Shown piece by piece: positions 47,041-55,072 of a DNA stretch of 64,000 bases. Made by a program: the position numbers and the translations under genes. This DNA comes from an uncultured virus (IMG/VR IMGVR_UViG_3300020049_007251). Its lineage: Duplodnaviria; Heunggongvirae; Uroviricota; Caudoviricetes. Location of the stretch: IMG/VR virus record IMGVR_UViG_3300020049_007251. One strand, 5' to 3'. Under the pieces are notes generated by a model. That model saw nothing but the letters and a program-made list of their open reading frames with translations, was not told the DNA's origin and ran no database searches. Positions within the stretch are counted from its first letter, which is position 1, and each line of letters starts with the position of its first letter.

Positions 47041-47819
47041 TGATCGATATTACTGTAGAGAATCCAACTCATTTATGGATAAAATTAGGTGATATGGCTT
47101 TAAATAATGACCAAAGTGGGATTATAGATTGTGATCTGGGAACAAGAATTATCTCTTTAAATAATCGTATGGTCATAAAGAGCTGGGAAAAATCATGGAC
47201 TGGTATGGCACTATTTCATACTGTGGGCTATGAGAGGACAGTAAGTAATAAAATGACTAGGTTAGTTAATACTTATATTGACCAAGAACAGTGGAGAGAA
47301 TTAAGGGAAAAGTTTGAGGAGATTAAAAATACTAGGTATTTCGCTATTGGTATGAACTTTAAAATGAAGCCCAGTGGTAAGGGAGGGTGCTTATCTTCTT
47401 TCCATATTTTTAAAGCTAATAAACAAATAACCGTAGTAGTAACCAGTAAGATAGCTGAAGTACCCAAGAAATTCTTAGCTGACCTAAGATTAATCTCTTA
47501 CATGTTAAATCAATTGAAGCTAGAGAAGGTAAAGGTAGTCTTTAATTGTACTGTAATATTTTTCTCTATGGTAACTATGAGAAGCTACAAAACAATCTTT
47601 GGTGAAAATGTAGGGACCAGCTTAGACTTAGAAAAAGACTTTGGTGGATATCAGTTACCTACTATAAGAAGATTAACAAACTATAGAAACTACTTAATGG
47701 GTATCTATGGAGAAAAACAGGTAAAGAATGGTATGCTACCTTTACTTAACTATAAGACTGGAGAATGGAATGACCTTCAAAAGAATAGATCGAATAAAGT
47801 ATTACACAAAGATAGCTAA
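47040..47819 (+). CDS. Divergent second thymidylate-synthase-like protein
   Basis: GGCL-x-S (Cys), later KF-x-ADL; adjacency to the first; weak match only. Confidence 0.45.
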   Translation: MIDITVENPTHLWIKLGDMALNNDQSGIIDCDLGTRIISLNNRMVIKSWEKSWTGMALFHTVGYERTVSNKMTRLVNTYIDQEQWRELREKFEEIKNTRYFAIGMNFKMKPSGKGGCLSSFHIFKANKQITVVVTSKIAEVPKKFLADLRLISYMLNQLKLEKVKVVFNCTVIFFSMVTMRSYKTIFGENVGTSLDLEKDFGGYQLPTIRRLTNYRNYLMGIYGEKQVKNGMLPLLNYKTGEWNDLQKNRSNKVLHKDS

Positions 47820-48201
47820 GTTAGTAGCCTTGAGATCTACCTGTTCCCGGGCTCAAGTAGGAGCAGTATTAGTCTATAACAATAGGATAGTAGCAACAGG
47901 CTATAACGGCTCTCCTCCTGGAGAAGCCCATTGTATAGATATTGGTTGTCTTATACACGAAGGTCATTGCATTAGAACTATTCATGCTGAGATGAATGCC
48001 CTTCTACACTTGGAACATAATTACTCAAGACTTATTATGTTTTGTACTCACGAACCTTGCAAAGATTGCTTTAAGCATCTATACTCAGTAGGAGTAAGAG
48101 AGTTCTATTTTATTAATTTATACAAGGATCTAGCCAGAGACCGGTTTATTCTTAACCTACTTGGCGGTGAATCAGAACTAATATATGAGCAGGTAGATTA
48201 A
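47770..48201 (+). CDS. dCMP deaminase
   Basis: RSTC-x-R-x-x-VGA, TGYNG, HAE-x-NA, PC-x-x-C. Confidence 0.9.
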   Translation: MTFKRIDRIKYYTKIAKLVALRSTCSRAQVGAVLVYNNRIVATGYNGSPPGEAHCIDIGCLIHEGHCIRTIHAEMNALLHLEHNYSRLIMFCTHEPCKDCFKHLYSVGVREFYFINLYKDLARDRFILNLLGGESELIYEQVD

Positions 48202-48202
48202 A

Positions 48203-50017
48203 ATGGCCCACTATAAATTGGTAGATAAAACAAATTTAAAAAGAATTACCGAGTTACTGCAGGGATCTGAGAATTTAGTTTGTGACCTTGAAACTGAAGG
48301 ACTAGATTGCTTTGATAATTCTAAAACTATTAAATTTGTAGGTTTTACTAATAAGCCAGATTTAGGCTATGTATTTCCATATCATGAAAGATACTTTAAG
48401 AATATCTCAGAGATTTTAAATTCATGTGAAATGTTAATCAACCAGGATATTAAATTTGATTTAAAGTGGCTATTAAGACATGAGCTAATTAAATCAATTA
48501 AGTCTAAAATATTCTGCACCCATGTTGCTGAGCATTTATTAGATGAAAACCAATGGCAGAATACCTTAGATGCTTTAACAAGAAAGTATAACCCAGAGCT
48601 TGGGAAATACCTTACTAAGCAAAAGGATTTATTTAAGAAGAGTAAATACGGAGAAGGCTGGAATTTAAAACAATGGACTGATTATAATGGGGGAGATGTT
48701 GATGCAGCCTTTCAAGTATTCTCAGCTCAAAAAAGGCTACTAGAGAAAGAAGAGCTATCTGACCTCATGGATTTTGAGATGAAAAATCTAAAGGTTCTGT
48801 GTTATATGGAAATGAATGGGTTTAAGATAGATGATGGAGTAAGACGTGAACTAAGAACTAAGTACGAAAAGGAATTAAAGGAAAGTGAAAAGACACTACT
48901 TCACCACTTCGGTGATATGAATTTTAATTCTTCAAAGCAGCTAAGTGAAAAGTTATATGGAGAATATAAGTTTCCCATTATTAAAAGGAATCCACCCACT
49001 AAGAAGAATCCAGATAAACCAGGAGCACCTTCTTGTGATGAAGATACTCTTTTAAAATTGGGTAGGATGAAATTAAATAAAGTACATAAGCAACCACTAT
49101 TAGATCTGCTAAAGTATCGCTATACTGCTAAGATGTACTCTACCTATGTTGCTGGATTAACAGATAACTATATTATGAAGTCAGATGGTAAAGTACACTG
49201 CAATTATAAGATGTTTACAGTAACAGGCCGGATGTCATGTGAAGGACCAAACCTACAGAATATTCCAAGGAATGGAGATATTAAAAGATTATTTATTTCT
49301 TCATATACCAATGGTGTATTAGTACAAGGAGATTATTCTCAGGCTGAGCTTAGGCTATTAGCCCATCATAGCGGTGATAAATCTTTAATAGGAGCCTTTA
49401 AGTCAGGGAGAGACATTCATCAAGAGGTTGCTGCTAAGGTATTTAATATTGCTTATGAAAAGGTAACTGAAGAGCAGAGGAAATTTGCTAAGCAGGTAAA
49501 CTTTGGTATAGTTTATATGATTGGACCACTGGGATTATCGGATAAATTAGACTGTAGTGAGGAAAGAGCTAGGGAATTGATTAATGATTGGTTCAGAGAA
49601 TTTAAAAGAGTTAAGAGATATATTGATGACCAGAAAGAAAATACTATAGAGAATGGCTTTGTAACTAATCTTTTTGGAAGGAAGAGAAGACTACCAGGAG
49701 CTAACTATAATACTGGACCAGGTAGAGGAAAGCTTAGACAAGGAGTTAATTCACCCATACAAGGTGGAGCAGGAGACTTAACTAAGTGGGTAGGGACTAG
49801 AGCACATTATGCTCTTAAGAAACTAAAACTAAACGGAAAGGTGGTATGTAATGTACACGACTCAGTAATCATAGACTGTAAGAAAGAGGATGCTTTAAAG
49901 ATAGGTAAGATGCTAAAATCCATAGCCGAGAATCCACCTATAGAATTAAGAGTACCAATGAAAATGGACATTAAAATTGGAGAACGTTGGAGTGACCTTA
50001 AGGAGGTTAGTCTGTGA
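48203..50017 (+). CDS. polA: Family A DNA polymerase with 3'-5' exonuclease
   Basis: DLET, TGR-x-S...PNLQNIP, DYSQAELR, K-x-x-NFG-x-x-Y, VHDS. Confidence 0.95.
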   Translation: MAHYKLVDKTNLKRITELLQGSENLVCDLETEGLDCFDNSKTIKFVGFTNKPDLGYVFPYHERYFKNISEILNSCEMLINQDIKFDLKWLLRHELIKSIKSKIFCTHVAEHLLDENQWQNTLDALTRKYNPELGKYLTKQKDLFKKSKYGEGWNLKQWTDYNGGDVDAAFQVFSAQKRLLEKEELSDLMDFEMKNLKVLCYMEMNGFKIDDGVRRELRTKYEKELKESEKTLLHHFGDMNFNSSKQLSEKLYGEYKFPIIKRNPPTKKNPDKPGAPSCDEDTLLKLGRMKLNKVHKQPLLDLLKYRYTAKMYSTYVAGLTDNYIMKSDGKVHCNYKMFTVTGRMSCEGPNLQNIPRNGDIKRLFISSYTNGVLVQGDYSQAELRLLAHHSGDKSLIGAFKSGRDIHQEVAAKVFNIAYEKVTEEQRKFAKQVNFGIVYMIGPLGLSDKLDCSEERARELINDWFREFKRVKRYIDDQKENTIENGFVTNLFGRKRRLPGANYNTGPGRGKLRQGVNSPIQGGAGDLTKWVGTRAHYALKKLKLNGKVVCNVHDSVIIDCKKEDALKIGKMLKSIAENPPIELRVPMKMDIKIGERWSDLKEVSL

Positions 50018-50241
50018 AAAAAGATAAGAGTGAAAAAGTCTATGGTTATTCAGTACGGCTGGGTAAGAAAGTAGAGATGGTAGATTGTGAAACTATTATC
50101 ATGAAAAATAATATGAAGGCTATTCGTGGTAAGTCAAAGGAAAATGGGGATGTTATTTTTAGGATCATCGGTAAAGCTACCCCAGAAGAAATCAAAGCAA
50201 ACAAAAGTAAAGGAGAAAAAAATGGTAAAGCAAAAAAGTAA
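50014..50241 (+). CDS. DUF5679-like small basic protein
   Basis: Y-x-V-x-x-x-KKVEM...MKN...G...G...FRI; Cys ligands absent. Confidence 0.55.
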   Translation: MKKDKSEKVYGYSVRLGKKVEMVDCETIIMKNNMKAIRGKSKENGDVIFRIIGKATPEEIKANKSKGEKNGKAKK

Positions 50242-51139
50242 AATTGGTAAAACAAACATGGATAAGGCTAAACAAAAATTAGCTGAGATCGGAAGTGGTA
50301 AATTTTTTAAGCCCGTAGTTGGGCCTAATAGAGTAAGAATCCTACCTCCTAATAATGATTCAGGTAATTTTTATCATGAGGAAAGTATTCACTATGGTCT
50401 TAAAAAAGATGGTAGAGGTATCTCAGTTAAGTTTACTGGTAATGATTCCCCTATCATGCAGTATATCAATAAGTTAAAGCAAGAAGGGGCTGAAGGAGAA
50501 AAATTAGCTAAGAGACTAGAACCAAAGACTAAGTACTTTGCTAATATCATTGATCGTAAAACTGGTATGATTTGCATTTGGGGATTTAGTAAGAAGACCT
50601 TAAAGGTATTACTTGGAGCTATGGATGATGAGGACATTGGTGATATTACCGACCTCGAAGAAGGCTTCGACGTAATTATCGATCGTGAAGGAACTGGTAT
50701 GACTGATACTCGATATGAAGTAAGAGTTAGACCAAAATCTACTCCTGCCTTAAATGCAGATGGTGAACCAGATCTTTCTAAGATGTTTGATTTAGAAGAT
50801 GAGGTATCTGAGGAATTAGATGAAGATGAACAAGAAGATGTTATTGCTGAGAACTTTGGAAAGAGTACTAAGGCCAAGAAATCCAAAGACAGTGATGACG
50901 ACGATGATGACTCTGATAACGATGATGATGATCAAGATGAGGAACCAAAAGGTAAATCAAAGAAAGTAGCTGATGATGATGATGATTCCGATGACTCAGA
51001 TGACTCAGATGACTCAGATGATGACTCTGAAGATGATGATGAAGAGCCAGCTAAGGTCACTAAAAAGAAGAAGGTAGTTGAAGAAGAGGAAGAAGAACCA
51101 GCTCGTACCCGTAAACCACGCAACAGAGTAAGGAAATAA
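50222..51139 (+). CDS. Single-stranded DNA-binding protein (gp32-like) with long acidic tail
   Basis: FFK...G-x-N-x-VRILP, GDITD-x-x-x-G-x-D, G-x-G-x-x-x-T-x-Y; AAGGAG RBS. Confidence 0.8.
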   Translation: MVKQKSKIGKTNMDKAKQKLAEIGSGKFFKPVVGPNRVRILPPNNDSGNFYHEESIHYGLKKDGRGISVKFTGNDSPIMQYINKLKQEGAEGEKLAKRLEPKTKYFANIIDRKTGMICIWGFSKKTLKVLLGAMDDEDIGDITDLEEGFDVIIDREGTGMTDTRYEVRVRPKSTPALNADGEPDLSKMFDLEDEVSEELDEDEQEDVIAENFGKSTKAKKSKDSDDDDDDSDNDDDDQDEEPKGKSKKVADDDDDSDDSDDSDDSDDDSEDDDEEPAKVTKKKKVVEEEEEEPARTRKPRNRVRK

Positions 51140-51141
51140 TC

Positions 51142-52050
51142 ATGAGAGAACATCCTGAAGCATTAGATAATACTGAGGGCTGGATGATACCGCCTAATAA
51201 GCACATTGTTCTAAGAACCTCCTATATTAAAATGGCCTTAAAATGTTCTGCCCAGGCTTTATTTAGGTACCACAAGGGTATTATAGAACCACCTCGTAGC
51301 TATGCTACCTTCGGTACCTCAATGCACAAGTCAGCTGAGCATCAAAATAAGTACAAATTAAGAAAAGGTAGAGATGCTAAATTATCAGTGCTTCAGGATG
51401 TTTTCAATGAATCATGGAAAGAGAGAGCAGTCTTAACTAGGTTTACTCAGGATGAAAAGCCTGAGGCTATGAGGGAGTACGGTATTAGGAAAGCATTACC
51501 AGTTTATTATGAGAAACTAGCTAAGAGAGTAGATCCCTTATACGTTGAAGAACCCTTTGCCATAGAGTTTAAAGAGGTCAATGCTAGTATTACTGGTACT
51601 ATTGACTTGGTTACCACTAGGCATATGATTAGGGACTTAAAGAATAAGAGTAGGGCCCCTAATTGGTTAGAAGCTATAAAGTCTACTCAGGGAGTTTCTT
51701 ATTGGCTGGGGTATCAAGCTAAGTTTAATAAGAATCCTTCTGGCTTTGTACTTGATACTCTAATTAAGAAGGCTGAGCCTGAAATGAGAAGCAGTGAGCT
51801 AAGGATCATTACTCCAGAAGATACTAGACAGTTTATTAATCTAGTTTATAAAATAGTTCTTCAGGTAAGAAGAGGAGTATTCCTACCACAAAGAGAAAAT
51901 AATATGTTCTGCTCTCCCCAAATGTGCGGCTACTGGAATAGATGTACAAAGAGAGGTGAGTGGATGGATTTACCCAAAGAACATCGGTTGTTCATGGAAA
52001 ATGATGGTGGTGAAACTACTTCAGAGGTTGATTACGATGGCGAAGATTGA
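51142..52050 (+). CDS. PD-(D/E)XK exonuclease (RecB/Cas4-like)
   Basis: G-x-x-x-H, E, G-x-ID, D-x-K, Q-x-x-x-Y, terminal Cys cluster. Confidence 0.8.
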   Translation: MREHPEALDNTEGWMIPPNKHIVLRTSYIKMALKCSAQALFRYHKGIIEPPRSYATFGTSMHKSAEHQNKYKLRKGRDAKLSVLQDVFNESWKERAVLTRFTQDEKPEAMREYGIRKALPVYYEKLAKRVDPLYVEEPFAIEFKEVNASITGTIDLVTTRHMIRDLKNKSRAPNWLEAIKSTQGVSYWLGYQAKFNKNPSGFVLDTLIKKAEPEMRSSELRIITPEDTRQFINLVYKIVLQVRRGVFLPQRENNMFCSPQMCGYWNRCTKRGEWMDLPKEHRLFMENDGGETTSEVDYDGED

Positions 52051-52381
52051 GGTATGGAAACCAGTAATTGGTTATAAAAAATTATACTCAGTTTCTTCAC
52101 TGGGTAGAATAAGAAGAGACGGTAAAGCCATGTGTGGTACTTGGCCAGGAAGAATATTAAAAGGACAAAAGAGAGGTAAGGGAAGATATTTAAATGTTAC
52201 TTTACTAGGTAATAGTATTTCAGTTGCTAGTATCGTAGCAAGGGCTTTTATAGGTAGAAAACCTAGAAAACTTCAAATAAACCATAAGGACGGTGATAGG
52301 CTAAATAATTGTAAGGGTAATCTGGAATATGTAACAGCTAGTGAGAATATTAAACATGCTTATAGAATAGGCTTAAAATGA
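52037..52381 (+). CDS. NUMOD4-HNH homing endonuclease-like protein
   Basis: WKPV-x-GY...Y-x-VS-x-x-GR, NHKDG-x-x-x-NN...NLEYVT-x-x-EN-x-x-H. Confidence 0.85.
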   Translation: MAKIEVWKPVIGYKKLYSVSSLGRIRRDGKAMCGTWPGRILKGQKRGKGRYLNVTLLGNSISVASIVARAFIGRKPRKLQINHKDGDRLNNCKGNLEYVTASENIKHAYRIGLK

Positions 52382-52401
52382 AACTACAAGTGAAGGAGAA
52401 T

Positions 52402-52563
52402 ATGATGGAGAAGACTAAATATGATGATAAGCTTGTTAAACTATTTACTAAAGCTTTAAGGATGGTTGAAAAATACCTACTAGAAAGAGGGTGGGATATT
52501 GAAGATATTAGGGGCCTACAGGATCAACTCATTGCAGAAAGCTTAGGACTAACAAAGGAGTAG
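52402..52563 (+). CDS. Small hypothetical protein
   Basis: AAGGAG RBS. Confidence 0.5.
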   Translation: MMEKTKYDDKLVKLFTKALRMVEKYLLERGWDIEDIRGLQDQLIAESLGLTKE

Positions 52564-52567
52564 TAAA

Positions 52568-52996
52568 ATGAATATTCAAAATATAACTAAAGAAGATATT
52601 CAAAAGGAATTCCAAACTAGTGGTGATATGCTCACCGATATTTTTAAAAGACAGGAAGAGCTTGAAAAGAAGTACTATGAAATTGAAATAAAAAATGGAG
52701 AAGCATTACCTAGTTTCCCCATAGATATTGATACTTTTGAAGGGCAGAGAAGAGCAAGAGCTATCATATATCGTATTACTGAAGAGCTATATGAAGCTGG
52801 TAATTGCTTAAGAAATAAAGCTTGGAAGAATACTCATGTACCTACGGATAAAGACCATTTCCTAGAAGAACTAGCAGATGCTCTTCATTTTATGATCCAG
52901 CTATTTTTGGAGTTAGGACTTACCTCTACTCAGGTTTATATCCTATATTTTAAAAAGTCTATGGTTAACCTTTTTAGACAAAAAAGTAATTACTAA
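52568..52996 (+). CDS. All-alpha dimeric dUTPase/dCTPase (MazG-like fold)
   Basis: EE-x-x-E...K-x-WK...EE-x-x-D-x-x-HF...K-x-x-x-N-x-x-RQ-x-x-x-Y. Confidence 0.8.
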   Translation: MNIQNITKEDIQKEFQTSGDMLTDIFKRQEELEKKYYEIEIKNGEALPSFPIDIDTFEGQRRARAIIYRITEELYEAGNCLRNKAWKNTHVPTDKDHFLEELADALHFMIQLFLELGLTSTQVYILYFKKSMVNLFRQKSNY

Positions 52997-52997
52997 T

Positions 52998-53579
52998 ATG
53001 GCACTAAGGAAATCAGAGAGTATTATTAAAATGCAAGAACTGGGATTAAATACCCTAGAGTGCTTTATGACCAGGGATCTTATTGAAGCTTGTGCCTACT
53101 TAGATAAGAATGAAGGTACTCTATTGTCTATGAGGACTGAAAGGGGCTATGAATTCCTATGCCCCTTTTATTACCTCTTAAAGCCCATGGACCTCTTACC
53201 TAAAGTAATAAGGCACCTAGAAGAAGGCTATTTACTCTTATTATATCCTGCCTTAGATAAGAAGGATAGCTTAGCCTTTGGGACAGTAGCTACCCTCCCC
53301 GAGGGAGGTATTTTGGTGGAGTTCGTAGAGGGAATTGGGCTGGTAAGGGAACTAGACACCCACCCACACAAAAAGAGCCTTGAGATCCCTGCGGGGAGCC
53401 TTAAATGGGTTACTAATGAGCTATCTCCCTTTTATCGAGAGATCAATGAAATAATCTATGAAGTAAGAGACCTATGCTGGGATGAAGGATCTTGTATAGT
53501 AGAGTGGAGTTATTATAAAATAAAAGTTGGTAGTTTACAGAAAAATCCAATCTACTGGGAACTGAGAAACTATCGTTAA
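52998..53579 (+). CDS. Possible PPDK/PEP-synthase-type ATP-grasp-like protein
   Basis: K...GL, S-x-RT, VE-x-x-x-G-x-G-x-V, VEWS, E-x-R echo the PPDK nucleotide-binding domain; weak match. Confidence 0.4.
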   Translation: MALRKSESIIKMQELGLNTLECFMTRDLIEACAYLDKNEGTLLSMRTERGYEFLCPFYYLLKPMDLLPKVIRHLEEGYLLLLYPALDKKDSLAFGTVATLPEGGILVEFVEGIGLVRELDTHPHKKSLEIPAGSLKWVTNELSPFYREINEIIYEVRDLCWDEGSCIVEWSYYKIKVGSLQKNPIYWELRNYR

Positions 53580-53594
53580 GTTAAAGGAAATAAA

Positions 53595-53972
53595 ATGCCA
53601 AAGAGAAGAAGGAAAAAGAAGCTCAGTCCCATGAAAGTTCTTATAGCTAAGATAAGAAAGACTAAAGAGTATTTAAGGTGGAAGTTAAAGATTATTAAAG
53701 CTCAGTGTCCTACGTATCCAAAGGTAAAGAAGTTTACTCAAGTACACCACCTTAGACACATTAGTAAAATCATAGTAGAGAATAATATTACTACTGTAGA
53801 AGAGGCCATTAAGTGCAGGGCCTTATGGACAGCTAAAGGAGTAGTTATGAGTAGAGGAGAGCACATGTTTATTCATAGATTAGAAAGAATTAAGTACCCT
53901 ACTGCTGGTTTTGTAAAATTATTAAAAGAACAGTCATTAAGACTAAGTGAGGCCTTATATGCCAAGACCTAA
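53595..53972 (+). CDS. Degenerate HNH-like basic protein
   Basis: W...VHH...LW...H-x-x-x-H. Confidence 0.45.
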   Translation: MPKRRRKKKLSPMKVLIAKIRKTKEYLRWKLKIIKAQCPTYPKVKKFTQVHHLRHISKIIVENNITTVEEAIKCRALWTAKGVVMSRGEHMFIHRLERIKYPTAGFVKLLKEQSLRLSEALYAKT

Positions 53973-54116
53973 AATATACCATGGAGAAGTAAAGTGTGAG
54001 AGTATATTATGCAAGAAGATGATTAAACTATATGGGGATAATAAAGACCAAAAATATTGTGGTCAAGCTTGTAAGTTTAAGGCAATGAAAGGTAAAAGAA
54101 AAGGAGGGAAGTATCA

Positions 54117-54689
54117 ATGAAAGTAAAATTAGCCATGATAGGGATGGTGGTATATATCTTTATAGCACTGGTATTAATGGTTCTATTTTGTCTACACGCT
54201 AAGGAAGCTTGTGCTGGAAGTAATTTTTCAACTCTATCTGAGGTAACAAGTATTATCAAACTCAAGAACGATAAAGAAATGCAAGAGATTGCTGAAGAGA
54301 TTCGGGAAGCAAAAGAGTTAAGCCAGAAGGGTTTGAGTAAAGAGAAGCTCGATGAGTATCTCGCAAAAGCAAATGAAGTTTTAAAGGGAAGTTCATCCAG
54401 TGCAGTTTATTACGAATGGCTTTTGTACGAACTCTCAAAAAATATTGCAGAACCTAATCTATTCCACCTTGACATGGCATTGTTTTCCGAGCAGGTGACA
54501 CGTGATGGGAAGGATACTGAGTTCTTTTCCAGAAAAGAAAGAAACAATGTAAGAATTGCAGTTAAAGAAAAGAAATTTGACTACGCCTTACAGATGATCA
54601 AAGAAGCGCAAGAGAAGCTAAAGTCAAGCTCGGCGGTCGCGGCAATGGTTCATGTTGGTTCAAACACTGTAACTTTGTGGCATCCTTAA
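54117..54689 (+). CDS. Putative exported helical protein (allele B)
   Basis: Signal-like N-terminus ending ACA; mature part homologous to 6733-7329. Confidence 0.75.
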   Translation: MKVKLAMIGMVVYIFIALVLMVLFCLHAKEACAGSNFSTLSEVTSIIKLKNDKEMQEIAEEIREAKELSQKGLSKEKLDEYLAKANEVLKGSSSSAVYYEWLLYELSKNIAEPNLFHLDMALFSEQVTRDGKDTEFFSRKERNNVRIAVKEKKFDYALQMIKEAQEKLKSSSAVAAMVHVGSNTVTLWHP

Positions 54690-54700
54690 AGGGGAATTGT

Positions 54701-55072
54701 ATGAAAAAAAATAATAACGATTTTTGGTATAACTTTGGGTTTATCGCTTTTGCCGTATCATTCTTGATCCCGTATTATTTGACTTTCTTTCAAGTAAGGG
54801 AGATCAAAAACTATATCTTAGAAATTAAATCCGAAAAAGCCGTTTTCGACGCTCCCTACGAGCCTCTTCTGGAGTTAAGCAAAGAGTGTTGGGTAAGGGC
54901 TCTGGACACACTCAACCAAATCAGGAAAGACAAAGACATCAAGAACCCGTCGATGATGATTGGTACAAAGCAGAATATCGGGCACGCTTGGATTAGATAC
55001 GAGAAGAACGGCAAGGTTTATAACTACGATCCGGCCTTTGGGAAATTTATCAATATTGATGAGAGTAGATAG
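54701..55072 (+). CDS. Membrane-anchored transglutaminase-like protein
   Basis: TM helix; Cys (ECW), GHAW, YDP triad. Confidence 0.65.
   Translation: MKKNNNDFWYNFGFIAFAVSFLIPYYLTFFQVREIKNYILEIKSEKAVFDAPYEPLLELSKECWVRALDTLNQIRKDKDIKNPSMMIGTKQNIGHAWIRYEKNGKVYNYDPAFGKFINIDESR

Larger units (their letters stand above)
7580..54718. mobile_element. One complete 47,139-bp unit of contractile-tailed phage B
   Basis: Sequence at 7580 recurs at 54719 (offset 47139); interval holds a full set of packaging, head, tail, lysis and replication genes. Confidence 0.85.

Noticed and set aside
50890..51045. GATGACTCA tandem repeats
   Set aside because: They encode the Asp/Ser-rich acidic tail of the SSB.
17447..54000. 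Stop-codon reassignment suggested by abundant TAG/CTA
   Set aside because: Genes are full length and densely packed under the standard code, and TAG is used as a normal stop.
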